Virus record (IMG/VR): IMGVR_UViG_3300030101_003657
Location: 1 to 59,970 of that record
Strand: one strand, 5' to 3'
Length of the DNA stretch: 59,970 nucleotides
Source: a virus
Taxonomy: Duplodnaviria; Caudoviricetes
Shown piece by piece: positions 17,986 to 28,672 of the stretch (positions within the stretch are counted from its first letter, which is position 1; the number at the start of each line of letters is the position of its first letter). The translations under genes and the position numbers were made by a program. The notes under the pieces were generated by a model. It was not told the DNA's origin and searched no databases. It worked only from the letters and a program-made list of their open reading frames with translations.

Positions 17986-20207
17986 TTTACAAACAAACTT
18001 TATATGAAGAGTTAGAAGATTATATAAATCCTAAGCTACTTAAAAAAGAAAATAGGTATAATAAGTGGAAATATGGTTATAACTCTGATTATGATTTTAT
18101 AGTAATTAGTAAAACAGGTAAGATTGGAAAGGTCATTGAAATACAAAATCTCAGAATTGCTTTACCGGCAATCAATAAACCGTTTAAACGAAGCGAAAGA
18201 AAAGCAGAACAATACTGGGAAAAGCAAGAGTACCCAAAGGCTTTAAGTAAAATTAAAAGTAGATTCGACTGGGATGAATACCCAAATGAATTTAAAGAAA
18301 AATGGTACGATTATATAGATGAAGAATTTAAACGTAGATCAGACGGTTACTGGTTTTTTAATAACGGTATGCCTACTTATATCACTGGTTCTCATTACAT
18401 GTATTTGCAATGGTCAAAAATTGACATCGGAGCTCCCGATTATAGAGAGTCAAATAGACTCTTCTTCATATTTTGGGAAGCATGCAAAGCAGATAATAGA
18501 TGTTATGGAATGTGCTATCTTAAAAATAGACGGAGTGGATTTTCTTTTATGTCCTCAGCTGAGCTCGTTAACCAAGCCACAATATCTAGTGATGCAAGAT
18601 TCGGTATCCTTTCGAAGTCTGGAGCAGATGCTAAGAAAATGTTCACAGATAAAGTTGTACCAATATCCGTTAACTATCCGTTTTTCTTCAAACCAATCCA
18701 AGACGGTATGGACCGTCCAAAGACCGAACTGGCATATAGAGTACCCGCTTCAAAGCTTACTAGGCGTAAACTAGAAACAAACGAACAATTAAAAGAATTA
18801 CAAGGTCTTGACACAACTATAGACTGGAAAAATACGGGGGACAACTCTTACGATGGTGAGAAATTAAAATTATTAGCACACGATGAATCAGGAAAATGGG
18901 AACGACCAGACAATATATTAAACAATTGGAGAGTTACAAAAACTACATTAAGACTAGGAAGACGTATAGTAGGCAAGTGTATGATGGGCTCAACTTCAAA
19001 CGCTTTAGATAAAGGTGGAAACAACTTCAAAAAATTATACTACGATTCAAACGTTACAAAAAGAAATAAAAACGGACAAACAGCTACTGGCCTCTATTCT
19101 TTTTTCATCCCTATGGAGTGGAACTACGAAGGATTCATGGATACTTTTGGATTACCTGTATTCACTACGCCTGAAAATAAAAAAATCGGAAGAGATGGTT
19201 TTGAAATTAAAGTCGGAGTAATAGAGCATTGGGAAAATGAAGTAGAAGGATTAAAGCACGATCAAGATAGTTTAAACGAATACTATAGACAGTTTCCAAG
19301 AACAGAGCAACATGCTTTTAGAGATGAAACTAAAAACAGCTTATTTAATCTCACTAAAATATACGAACAAATAGATTATAATGAAGAAGTAAATAATATT
19401 TCTTCTACTACTAGAGGTAGCTTTATATGGCAGAACGGTGTTAAAGATACTAGCGTTTCATTTATTCCCAATAAAAACGGTAGATTTAAAATATCTTGGG
19501 TTCCTTCTAAAAATTTACAAAATAAAGTAATTGTAAAAAATGGTACTAAATATCCTGGAAATGAACACATTGGAGCTTTTGGTTTAGACAGCTATGATAT
19601 ATCTGGCACTGTCGATGGGAAAGGGTCTAACGGGTCTCTTCACGGTCTAACCAAGTTTTCAATGGAAGATGTTCCACCAAATCATTTTTTTTTAGAATAT
19701 ATATCAAGACCTCAAACAGCTGAAATATTTTTTGAAGATATACTAATGGCTTTAGTTTTTTATGGCATGCCTATACTTGCTGAAAATAATAAACCTAGAT
19801 TTTTGTATTATTTAAAAAGAAGAGGTTATAGAGGTTTTAGCATGAATAGACCAGATAAAATTTGGAACAAGCTATCAATAACGGAAAAAGAAATAGGTGG
19901 AATACCTAACTCAAGTGAAGATATAAAACAAGCCCACGCTGCTGCAATTGAATCTTATATAGAAACTTATGTTGGTCGTTCTGAAAACGGGTTTGGAGAT
20001 ATGTATTTTCAAGAAACGTTAGAAGATTGGGCTCAATTTAATATAAACAATAGAACAAAGCACGATGCTTCTATTAGCTCTGGGCTAGCTATAATGGCTT
20101 GCAATAAAAATATGTATAGGCCAATACCTGAAAAAGTAAAACAAGTTTACAACTTTGGTATAAAAAAATATAACAACAATGGAAGTTTATCTAAAATAAT
20201 AAAATAA
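17982..20207 (+). CDS. Terminase large subunit
   Basis: KNRRSGFS Walker A, LLAHDESGK Walker B, GSTSN coupling motif, GLDSYD nuclease motif, HDASIS. Confidence 0.88.
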   Translation: MIYKQTLYEELEDYINPKLLKKENRYNKWKYGYNSDYDFIVISKTGKIGKVIEIQNLRIALPAINKPFKRSERKAEQYWEKQEYPKALSKIKSRFDWDEYPNEFKEKWYDYIDEEFKRRSDGYWFFNNGMPTYITGSHYMYLQWSKIDIGAPDYRESNRLFFIFWEACKADNRCYGMCYLKNRRSGFSFMSSAELVNQATISSDARFGILSKSGADAKKMFTDKVVPISVNYPFFFKPIQDGMDRPKTELAYRVPASKLTRRKLETNEQLKELQGLDTTIDWKNTGDNSYDGEKLKLLAHDESGKWERPDNILNNWRVTKTTLRLGRRIVGKCMMGSTSNALDKGGNNFKKLYYDSNVTKRNKNGQTATGLYSFFIPMEWNYEGFMDTFGLPVFTTPENKKIGRDGFEIKVGVIEHWENEVEGLKHDQDSLNEYYRQFPRTEQHAFRDETKNSLFNLTKIYEQIDYNEEVNNISSTTRGSFIWQNGVKDTSVSFIPNKNGRFKISWVPSKNLQNKVIVKNGTKYPGNEHIGAFGLDSYDISGTVDGKGSNGSLHGLTKFSMEDVPPNHFFLEYISRPQTAEIFFEDILMALVFYGMPILAENNKPRFLYYLKRRGYRGFSMNRPDKIWNKLSITEKEIGGIPNSSEDIKQAHAAAIESYIETYVGRSENGFGDMYFQETLEDWAQFNINNRTKHDASISSGLAIMACNKNMYRPIPEKVKQVYNFGIKKYNNNGSLSKIIK

Positions 20208-22586
20208 ATGCAGATACAAACTTATAATGGTAGTTCGTTTCCTGATCAGGTGGTACCTGAAGAGGTAAAGCAGAGTATAGATTATGGTAGACAAGTAGGT
20301 AGAGCTATAGAAGGAGATTGGTTTAGTGGAACTAGAACAGGTGTTTCTGGTAGATATAATACCAACTATAATAATTTTAGAAACTTAAGATTATATTCTA
20401 GAGGCGAACAATCTGTTCAAAAGTATAAAGATGAGTTAGCCATAAATGGTGACTTATCTTATTTGAATTTAGATTGGAAGCCCGTACCTATTATACCAAA
20501 ATTTGTAGATATTGTTGTTAATGGTATGGATAGTAAAGTTTTTGAAGTTAAAGCTTTTGCACAAGATCCAGAGTCGTTAAAAAAAAGAACTAAGTACGCA
20601 GAAGCTATAATGCGTGATATACAAGGTAAAGAGCTTATAGATAAAATTAAGCAAGTTACCAACATGGACATGTATTCTACTTCTAATCCAGAAAATCTAC
20701 CTCAAAACAGTGAAGAGCTAGGGGTACATATGCAGCTTACTTACAAGCAGTCTATAGAAATTGCAGAAGAAGAAGCTATAAATAATACACTTGCATTTAA
20801 CAAATACGAACTAACTAAAAGAAGAGTTGCTCAAGATTTAGTTGTTTTAGGTATTGGTGCTGTTAAAACTAATTTTAATTTATCTGAAGGTGTAACTGTA
20901 GAGTATGTTGATCCTGCTAACCTTGTTTATTCTTACACGGAAGATCCTAATTTTCAAGATATATGGTATGTAGGTGAAGTTAAATATATTAGCTTAAGTG
21001 AAATTAAAAAAGAATTTCCCACATTAACAGATTCCGAATTAGATGAAATACAAAAATATCCAGGTAGTAAAAGTTATAACTATCAATTCAATGGTAGAAA
21101 TGACGGTAACAGTATAGCAGTTCTTTATTTTGAGTATAAAACTTATCAAGATCAAGTATTTAAAATTAAAGAAACACCAACTGGATTAGAAAAAGCTTTA
21201 GAAAAACCTGACACTTTTAATCCTCCAAAAAGCGATAACTTTGAAAGAATATCTAGATCTATAGAAGTTGTTTATGAAGGTGCTAAAATACTAGGTCATG
21301 AGATGATGTTAAAGTGGGGTTTAGCTAGAAATATGGTTAGACCAAATTCTAATCTAGTTAAAGTCAATATGAGCTACAACATATGTGCACCTAAAATGTA
21401 TAAAGGACGTATAGAGTCTTTAGTTGGTCGTATGACAGGTTTTGCTGATATGATACAACTAACACACTTAAAACTGCAGCAGGTATTATCTAGATTAGTG
21501 CCAGACGGTGTATTTTTAGATGTAGATGGCTTGGCAGAGGTTGATCTAGGTAATGGTACTAATTATAATCCAGCCGAAGCTTTAAATATGTATTTTCAAA
21601 CTGGTAGTATACTAGGTAGATCAATGACTCAAGAAGGCGGAGCTAACCCTGGTAAAGTCCCAATACAAGAACTACAAACTTCAGCTGGTGGTGCTAAAAT
21701 GCAGTCTCTCATACAGACTTATCAATATTACTTACAGATGATAAGAGACGTTACGGGGTTAAATGAAGCTAGAGATGGTAGTTCTCCTGATCCCAACTCT
21801 CTTGTTGGTTTACAGAAACTAGCAGCTGCAAATTCAAATACAGCAACTAAACACATTGTTCAAGCTAGTTTATATCTATCTGCTAAAATTTGTGAAAATA
21901 TAGCTTTAAGAATATCTGATGCTTTAGAATATCCTTTGACAAGAGAAGCCTTAAGATCTAGTATAAGCTCTTATAATGTAGGCACGTTAGAAGATATGTA
22001 TAATTTAAATTTATTTGAGTTTGGTATATATTTAGAGCTAGTTCCAGATGAAGAAGAAAAAGCTCAATTAGAGCAAAATATTCAAATAGCTTTAAAAACA
22101 CAATCTATAAATTTAGAAGATGCTATAGAGATTAGGCAAATAAACAATTTAAAACTAGCTAATCAAGTATTAAAAATTAAAAGAAAAGAAAAAGCAGAAT
22201 CAGATAGAAAAGCTCAACAAGCCAACATACAAGCTCAGGCCAATGCTAACGCTGAGGCTTCTGAAAGAGCTGCTTTAGCTGAAATGCAGAAACAACAAGC
22301 TTTAGCTCAAACAGAACTTCAAATAGAACAAGGCAAGTCACAATTTGCTATTAAAAAAATGGAGCAAGAAGCAGCAATAAAAAGACAATTAATGGAACTT
22401 CAACATTCTTACAACGTGGAATTAAAACAAATGGAAGTTGATAGAATGGCTGAAAAAGAAAAACTAATAGAAGATAGAAAAGATAAGCGAGTTAGACAAG
22501 AAGGAACTCAGCGAAGTCAATTAATAAATCAAAAACAAAATGATTTATTACCTACAAACTTTAACGACAATAGTATTGTTGAATAA
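20208..22586 (+). CDS. Portal protein
   Basis: Follows terminase; PIIPKFVDIVVNG, VTGLNEARDG, Q/E-rich C-terminal helix. Confidence 0.8.
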   Translation: MQIQTYNGSSFPDQVVPEEVKQSIDYGRQVGRAIEGDWFSGTRTGVSGRYNTNYNNFRNLRLYSRGEQSVQKYKDELAINGDLSYLNLDWKPVPIIPKFVDIVVNGMDSKVFEVKAFAQDPESLKKRTKYAEAIMRDIQGKELIDKIKQVTNMDMYSTSNPENLPQNSEELGVHMQLTYKQSIEIAEEEAINNTLAFNKYELTKRRVAQDLVVLGIGAVKTNFNLSEGVTVEYVDPANLVYSYTEDPNFQDIWYVGEVKYISLSEIKKEFPTLTDSELDEIQKYPGSKSYNYQFNGRNDGNSIAVLYFEYKTYQDQVFKIKETPTGLEKALEKPDTFNPPKSDNFERISRSIEVVYEGAKILGHEMMLKWGLARNMVRPNSNLVKVNMSYNICAPKMYKGRIESLVGRMTGFADMIQLTHLKLQQVLSRLVPDGVFLDVDGLAEVDLGNGTNYNPAEALNMYFQTGSILGRSMTQEGGANPGKVPIQELQTSAGGAKMQSLIQTYQYYLQMIRDVTGLNEARDGSSPDPNSLVGLQKLAAANSNTATKHIVQASLYLSAKICENIALRISDALEYPLTREALRSSISSYNVGTLEDMYNLNLFEFGIYLELVPDEEEKAQLEQNIQIALKTQSINLEDAIEIRQINNLKLANQVLKIKRKEKAESDRKAQQANIQAQANANAEASERAALAEMQKQQALAQTELQIEQGKSQFAIKKMEQEAAIKRQLMELQHSYNVELKQMEVDRMAEKEKLIEDRKDKRVRQEGTQRSQLINQKQNDLLPTNFNDNSIVE

Positions 22587-22620
22587 GTTACCAAACAATT
22601 ATTAATTATTATATTATATT

Positions 22621-23754
22621 ATGTCAGAAGAAATAAAAGAAACAGCAGGGGGTGAATTAACTCAAGGTGATTTTAAAATTAAAAAAAAGCCTAAGAAATT
22701 AATTACTAAAGATGATTCAATAAAAGTAGATTTATCTCAAAAAAAAGAAAATGTAGAAGAGCCTATTACTAAAGTTAATTTAAAAACAGAAGATAAAGAA
22801 GTTGAAAATAAAGTTGAAGATAAAGTTGAAGATTTAAACCCTATATCAGAAATTGAGCCCAAGGAAGTTGAAACTGAAAAAGAAATAAAAAAAGAACTTG
22901 AATTAAAAAAAGATAAAGTAAAAAGAATAGTAGAACTTCCAGAAGACTTAAACAAGCTAGTGAAGTTTATGGAGGAGACTGGTGGTAGTGTTCAGGATTA
23001 CGCTAGGTTAAATAGGGATTATTCTAATGTTGATGAAAAAACATTACTAAGGGAATATTACAAAAGCACTAAACCACATTTAAATACAGATGAGGTTGAC
23101 TTCATAATGGAAGATAAGTTCGATTATGATGAAGAAATTGATGAAGAGCGAGACATCAAAAAAAAGAAACTCGCTATGAAAGAAGAAATTGCTAAAGCCA
23201 AAAACTTTTTAGAGGATGTTAAAAATAAATATTACGAAGAGATCAAGTTGAAATCTAACGTAACTGAGGATCAAAAAAAAGCTATGGACTTTTTCAATAG
23301 ATACAACGAAGAGCAAGAAATAAAAAATAAACAGCATGAAAATTTTGTTAACAATACAAAAGAGTATTTTTCTAAGGATTTCAAAGGTTTTGAGTTTAAC
23401 TTAGGAGAAAAAAGCTTCAAGTATGGCGTTAACAATATAGATGAGGTGATTAAAGAACAGTCAAGTTTACAAAATTTTGTTGGAAAGTTTCTAAACAAAG
23501 ATGGCGATGTTACTGATCAAGAAGAATATCACAAAGCTTTATATGCTGCTAGAAATGCTGATACAATAGCTAAACATTTTTATGAACAAGGCAAAGCCGA
23601 CGGTATAAAAAATATTGTTGATAAATCAAAAAATATCGACACAGCTAATAGACCACAAAATAATGAAGATATTTTTATTAATGGTTTTAAAGTAAAAGCA
23701 ATTTCAGGTATTGATAGTTCTAAGTTGAAAATTAAAACAAAAAAAATAAACTAA
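22621..23754 (+). CDS. Putative scaffolding protein
   Basis: Acidic, helical, between portal and capsid genes. Confidence 0.6.
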   Translation: MSEEIKETAGGELTQGDFKIKKKPKKLITKDDSIKVDLSQKKENVEEPITKVNLKTEDKEVENKVEDKVEDLNPISEIEPKEVETEKEIKKELELKKDKVKRIVELPEDLNKLVKFMEETGGSVQDYARLNRDYSNVDEKTLLREYYKSTKPHLNTDEVDFIMEDKFDYDEEIDEERDIKKKKLAMKEEIAKAKNFLEDVKNKYYEEIKLKSNVTEDQKKAMDFFNRYNEEQEIKNKQHENFVNNTKEYFSKDFKGFEFNLGEKSFKYGVNNIDEVIKEQSSLQNFVGKFLNKDGDVTDQEEYHKALYAARNADTIAKHFYEQGKADGIKNIVDKSKNIDTANRPQNNEDIFINGFKVKAISGIDSSKLKIKTKKIN

Positions 23755-23767
23755 AAACTAAATAAAA

Positions 23768-25228
23768 ATGAGTTTATCTGGAGGGGCTTTCCCAGCGTCA
23801 ATAGTGCCAGCGCAAAAGAAAATGGCATTACCCACAAACTTTCTAGAGTTTAATACTGGGTCAGGTAGAGATTTTTCTCAACAATATTTACCTGAGCTGT
23901 ATGAAGCGGAAGTAGAAAGATACGGAAACAGAACACTATCTGGTTTCTTGAGAATGGTAGGAGCTGAAATGCCAATGACATCAGATCAAGTTATCTGGTC
24001 AGAGCAAAACAGGTTACACGTCGCTTACAAAGGCTTAGCTGCTGCTATTACAGTTGATGCTACAAACGTAGGTCAATTTACTATCAAACCTAAGTTAACA
24101 GGAACAGGAACAACTAAGCATGCTATCAGAGCTAATCAAACTATATTAATTTCTGATCAAGCTACTGGTTTAGTTACGGCTAAATTATTAGTTACATCTG
24201 TAAATGACACTGACGCTGTTTGTTCTTTATATGGTTCAAACACACTACCTGCAGCTCTTACAGGAACAGAAGCTATTAACATATTTGTTTATGGTGCTGA
24301 GTTTAAAAAAGGAACTGAAGGAATGATAGGTTCAATTGAGCCAAGTTTTAGTCAGTTTTCAAACAGACCTGTAATTATTAAAGATAGATATGAAATAAAC
24401 GGCTCTGACACTGCTCAAATTGGTTGGGTTGAAGTTGCAACTGAAGACGGAACATCTGGATACTTATGGTATCTAAAAGCTGAATCTGAAACTAGATTAC
24501 GTTTTGAAGATTATCTTGAAATGATGATGGTTGAAGGTGAAAATGCTAAGGACTCTTCTGGCGGCGATACTTACTTAAGTAGTATACAAGGTTACGAAGG
24601 TAGTCAAGGTATGTTTGCTGCTATAGAAGAAAGAGGTAATATTTACTCTGGATTTGCTGGTGCTGCTGCTCCTGGACAAGGGGCATTAGGAGATTTTGAT
24701 GAAATCCTTAAAAACTTAGACAAGCAAGGTGCTATTGAAGAAAACATGTTATTCTTATCAAGATCTACCGCTCTTGACTTTGACGATATGATTGCTGCTA
24801 TGGCAGGTGGAGGTTTTTCTTCTACTGCTTCCGCTTCTTATGGTTTATTCGATAACGAAGCTGAAATGGCACTTAACTTTGGTTTCTCTGGTTTTAGAAG
24901 AGGTTCTTATGACTTCTACAAAACTGATTGGAAATATTTAAACGATGCTTCTACTAGAGGATTAGACAAAGCAATTGATGGTGTTTTAGTTCCTGCTGGA
25001 ACTTCAACAGTATATGATCAAATGTTAGGATCTAATATTAGAAGACCTTTCTTACATGTAAGATATAGAGCTTCTGAAACTGAAGATAGAAGATTCAAAA
25101 ACTGGATCACTGGTTCAGTAGGTGGAGCTTACACTTCTTCTTTAGATGCTATGGAAGTACATTTCTTATCTGAAAGATGTTTAGTAACTCAAGCTGCTAA
25201 TAACTTCGTGTTATTTAAAGGAGCTTAA
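23768..25228 (+). CDS. Major capsid protein
   Basis: Position after the scaffold gene, size, highly-expressed codon usage, terminator shortly downstream. Confidence 0.8.
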   Translation: MSLSGGAFPASIVPAQKKMALPTNFLEFNTGSGRDFSQQYLPELYEAEVERYGNRTLSGFLRMVGAEMPMTSDQVIWSEQNRLHVAYKGLAAAITVDATNVGQFTIKPKLTGTGTTKHAIRANQTILISDQATGLVTAKLLVTSVNDTDAVCSLYGSNTLPAALTGTEAINIFVYGAEFKKGTEGMIGSIEPSFSQFSNRPVIIKDRYEINGSDTAQIGWVEVATEDGTSGYLWYLKAESETRLRFEDYLEMMMVEGENAKDSSGGDTYLSSIQGYEGSQGMFAAIEERGNIYSGFAGAAAPGQGALGDFDEILKNLDKQGAIEENMLFLSRSTALDFDDMIAAMAGGGFSSTASASYGLFDNEAEMALNFGFSGFRRGSYDFYKTDWKYLNDASTRGLDKAIDGVLVPAGTSTVYDQMLGSNIRRPFLHVRYRASETEDRRFKNWITGSVGGAYTSSLDAMEVHFLSERCLVTQAANNFVLFKGA

Positions 25229-25257
25229 TTTTTGTTTAACATTTAAAAATTTAAGAA

Positions 25258-25590
25258 ATGGCTTATATAAAATTTGCAAGAAATCAAAGTAACGAAGCAA
25301 ACAACATGCTTGTTAATGTAGATAATATTGTTGCTATTAATGCTACTGTTGTTACTAATAACTCTTCTACTCTAACAATGAAAAGTGGAATTGTTGTACA
25401 TCAAGATGCAGATAATCCTGAGGTTATATCTTACGCTCTTTCAGTGAGCGTTGGTGATGGCATGACTAAAGGAAGCATTGTTCAAAGCGTAATTGATGCA
25501 ATAGAAAAATCCGGTGCCGATGGAGGTGCAGCTGTTAAAGTTGCAGGTCTTACCGTTACTGGTGTTACTATAGCTGGAGATACACTTTAA
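25258..25590 (+). CDS. Putative capsid decoration/minor structural protein
   Basis: Lies between the capsid gene and the terminator. Confidence 0.5.
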   Translation: MAYIKFARNQSNEANNMLVNVDNIVAINATVVTNNSSTLTMKSGIVVHQDADNPEVISYALSVSVGDGMTKGSIVQSVIDAIEKSGADGGAAVKVAGLTVTGVTIAGDTL

Positions 25591-25603
25591 TAACAATCAA
25601 CAT

Positions 25604-25631
25604 AAGATCCCGCTTAGGCGGGGTCTTTTTT
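25604..25631 (+). terminator. Rho-independent terminator
   Basis: AAGATCCCGC-TTAG-GCGGGGTCTT stem followed by a T run. Confidence 0.85.
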
Positions 25632-25654
25632 AAATTATTATATTATATTATATT

Positions 25655-26437
25655 ATGGAAAAAACAAAAAAAGCTACCGCTCCCAAGCAAGAGGTTAAAA
25701 AAAATACTTGGGAATACAAAGACAGAAATTATTATTTGTTAAATAATAAAAACCCACTAACTTACACTTTACCTAGTAAGCATAATTCTAAATATCCTTT
25801 AGTTTGGTTTGATCCAGAAAAAGGCTATGAAAGAGAGTTAAGATACGCAACTAATCAAAAATCTATTTTTGTAGATGAACAAAAAGGTCAAGTAACTTTA
25901 AAACATATTGTTTTTGAAAATGGACATTTATACGTTCCAAAAGAAAAAAGAAATTTGCAAGAGTTTTTACAAAAACATCCACACAATCAATTAATATTTG
26001 CAGAGCACGACGCTGTTGAAATAGCCACGGATGAGGTTGAGGATTTACAATTAGAAGTTTTAGCTATGAACGCCGCATTAGAAATGGATGTTGATTTTAT
26101 GGAAGCTATAATGAGAGTTGAATTAGGATCATCTGTAAGCGCAATGAGTACTAAAGAATTAAAAAGAGACACCTTACTTTTTGCTAGAAGAAATCCAGCT
26201 TTATTTATAGAATTAGCAAATGACGAAAATGTACAACTAAGAAACTTTGCTATTATTGCAACTGAAAATAATATTATAAAACTTTCTAGTGATAACAGAG
26301 CTTTTACTTGGGCTAGTAATGGTCGTAAACTTATGAATATTCCTTTTGATGAAAACCCATACTCAGCCATGGCTGCTTGGTTTAAAACAGACGAAGGGCT
26401 TGAAGTTTATAAATCTATAGAGAAAAAACTAAAATAA
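25655..26437 (+). CDS. Hypothetical protein in the structural module
   Basis: ORF track. Confidence 0.7.
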   Translation: MEKTKKATAPKQEVKKNTWEYKDRNYYLLNNKNPLTYTLPSKHNSKYPLVWFDPEKGYERELRYATNQKSIFVDEQKGQVTLKHIVFENGHLYVPKEKRNLQEFLQKHPHNQLIFAEHDAVEIATDEVEDLQLEVLAMNAALEMDVDFMEAIMRVELGSSVSAMSTKELKRDTLLFARRNPALFIELANDENVQLRNFAIIATENNIIKLSSDNRAFTWASNGRKLMNIPFDENPYSAMAAWFKTDEGLEVYKSIEKKLK

Positions 26438-26449
26438 CATGTAACAGTA

Positions 26450-26479
26450 ATATAGGGTTCGTTTACTCGAGCCCTATAT
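26450..26479 (+). other. Intergenic hairpin without a U tract
   Basis: ATATAGGGTTCG-TTTACT-CGAGCCCTATAT. Confidence 0.6.
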
Positions 26480-26499
26480 ATTAAAATAAACAAAACAAA

Positions 26500-27216
26500 A
26501 TGGCTATAAACGTAAACAAAGTATATAAGTCTGTACTTGTAGTACTACAACAAGAAAAAAGAGGTGTATTAACACCTACTGAGTTTAATAAAATTGCAAC
26601 TCAGTCCCAGCAGGAGATATTCACAGATTACTTTGATGAGTTGAACCAGCTGTTAAGACAACCTCAAACTAGCTTAGCTTATGCCGATAGATACGCTATG
26701 TTAGATGAAAAAATATCATTATTTAAAAGAACAGATACTGAATCAACCAATCAGGATTCTAACTTATCTATAAGTAATGTTCAAGAACTTGGTTCTGTTG
26801 TTTATTTTGAAACACCAACAAGTGAAGGAAGAGAAGTTCAAAGAATACAAAAATATGAAGTTTACACTACTAATCAATCTCCTCTTACGGCGCCTACAAA
26901 ATTCTACCCTGTGTATACTTATGAAAATAATGTTATACAACTGTACCCAACATCTATTGGTCAAGGCAATAACAATATTCAGGTTAATTACTTGAAATAT
27001 CCTGATGACATAAAGTGGGGTTTTACTATTGATACAGAACTTGGTAATTACATTTATAATCCTTTAGATTCTGTAGATCCAGAAATACATGAATCAGATC
27101 AACCATTATTGATAGATAAAATACTAGGTTATGCTGGTGTTATGACTAGAGACCAACTAGCGTTACAAATGTCAGCTAGTAAAGAACAACAAATAGACAT
27201 TGAAGGACAAAAATAA
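26500..27216 (+). CDS. Tail ring/adaptor protein, type A paralog 1
   Basis: MAINVNKVY...EKRGVLTPTEFNK, paralogous to 27847. Confidence 0.6.
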   Translation: MAINVNKVYKSVLVVLQQEKRGVLTPTEFNKIATQSQQEIFTDYFDELNQLLRQPQTSLAYADRYAMLDEKISLFKRTDTESTNQDSNLSISNVQELGSVVYFETPTSEGREVQRIQKYEVYTTNQSPLTAPTKFYPVYTYENNVIQLYPTSIGQGNNNIQVNYLKYPDDIKWGFTIDTELGNYIYNPLDSVDPEIHESDQPLLIDKILGYAGVMTRDQLALQMSASKEQQIDIEGQK

Positions 27217-27222
27217 TAAATA

Positions 27223-27837
27223 ATGGCAACAACAACTTTATCAAACGCTTTTATATCACTTAATGATATTATAAATAACTTCTTAATATCTTATACTGGA
27301 CCTGGTAAATTAATACCAGATGCTATAAGAACAGAAGTAATATTTCACGCTCGTAGATGTTTACAAGAGTTTGCTTATGAAACTTTAAAAAGTCAATTTT
27401 CACAAACAACGGTAGTGCCTACACAAACTCCACCACCACCAAACGGTTATATTTTAGACTTACCACAAGATTTTGTAGCTATTATATCTGCACAAAATCT
27501 AGATATTAGTAACTTACCAAATCCATTAATAGAGGTTTCTACGTCTCCTCCAGGAAATGGTGAATATTATATAGACTATGCTAATAAAAAAATTGCCTAT
27601 GCTAATCCGGGTAATACTCTTGGTATAGAACTAACATACTTGTCTAATGCTCTTACAACAGATGAAAGTGCTGCTATACCTAAACTAGCAGAAGAAGCTT
27701 TATACTCTTGTATGGTTTATTCTATTTTAGCTAACAGAGAAAAAACAAGACCAGACGTATTGCAAAGATTACTTATAGAAAAAACTGATAAATTAGAAAA
27801 AGCAAAATCAAGACTAGTATTTACCAACTTCGATTAA
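27223..27837 (+). CDS. Tail ring/adaptor protein, type B paralog 1
   Basis: VIFHARRCLQEFAYETLKS and PKLAEEALY, paralogous to 28673. Confidence 0.6.
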   Translation: MATTTLSNAFISLNDIINNFLISYTGPGKLIPDAIRTEVIFHARRCLQEFAYETLKSQFSQTTVVPTQTPPPPNGYILDLPQDFVAIISAQNLDISNLPNPLIEVSTSPPGNGEYYIDYANKKIAYANPGNTLGIELTYLSNALTTDESAAIPKLAEEALYSCMVYSILANREKTRPDVLQRLLIEKTDKLEKAKSRLVFTNFD

Positions 27838-27846
27838 AATTAAAAT

Positions 27847-28650
27847 ATGGCTATTAATGTAAACACGGTATATACAACTGTATTGAGTATTCTTAATAAA
27901 GAACAACGTGGTTATTTAACACCATATGAGTTTAATAAAGCTGCTACACAAGTTCAACTAGACATATTTGAAAAATACTTTACTGATCTAGATACTCAAT
28001 TAAGAATACCTCAGAACAATTTTAACTACGTAAATACTGAAACTAATTTAGATGATGAGATATCTATATTTAAATGTTTTGGATCTTGTGATTATGTAAC
28101 TCAGGATGGTTATTTTTCTTTACCAGAAGAAGACGATTTATCAGGTTTTGATATAGTATTTGACGATCAACCAGAAAGTGACGAGTATGCTTTTTATAGA
28201 CTAGGAACAGTTGTATATGACCCCGTGGACTCAAGTGGTAATAGTACAAGAGATTATAAAGAAGCACAAAGACTTCAAAGAAACGACTTTTACAATATAG
28301 ATAGATCAGATTTAACGGCTCCTAGTGAAAACTTTCCAGTTTATCTATATGAAAACAATCAAATAAGAGTAAAACCAACGACAATAAGTACTGAAGTTTA
28401 TGCTAGCTTTATAAGGAAACCAAAAGATGTTAGATGGGGTTATACTGTTAATTCCAATAATGGTGCTTTCGTTTATGACTCTACACCTTTTGATTCATCT
28501 AATTTGCCTACAACAGAGGGATCAACAAATTTTGAAATAAGTAGTAATAATCAAACAGAAGTAATATTAGAAATACTTAAATATGCTGGTGTAGTTATAA
28601 GAGATCCTCAAATAGTACAAGCAGCGGCTCAAGAATTAGCTCAAAAATAA
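27847..28650 (+). CDS. Tail ring/adaptor protein, type A paralog 2
   Basis: MAINVNTVY...KEQRGYLTPYEFNK. Confidence 0.6.
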   Translation: MAINVNTVYTTVLSILNKEQRGYLTPYEFNKAATQVQLDIFEKYFTDLDTQLRIPQNNFNYVNTETNLDDEISIFKCFGSCDYVTQDGYFSLPEEDDLSGFDIVFDDQPESDEYAFYRLGTVVYDPVDSSGNSTRDYKEAQRLQRNDFYNIDRSDLTAPSENFPVYLYENNQIRVKPTTISTEVYASFIRKPKDVRWGYTVNSNNGAFVYDSTPFDSSNLPTTEGSTNFEISSNNQTEVILEILKYAGVVIRDPQIVQAAAQELAQK

Positions 28651-28672
28651 GTATAATATTAAAAGATAAAAT

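Noticed and set aside
18319-18774. 151-aa alternative-frame ORF inside the terminase gene
   Set aside because: Fully nested, with no recognisable motif or leader; likely a chance open frame
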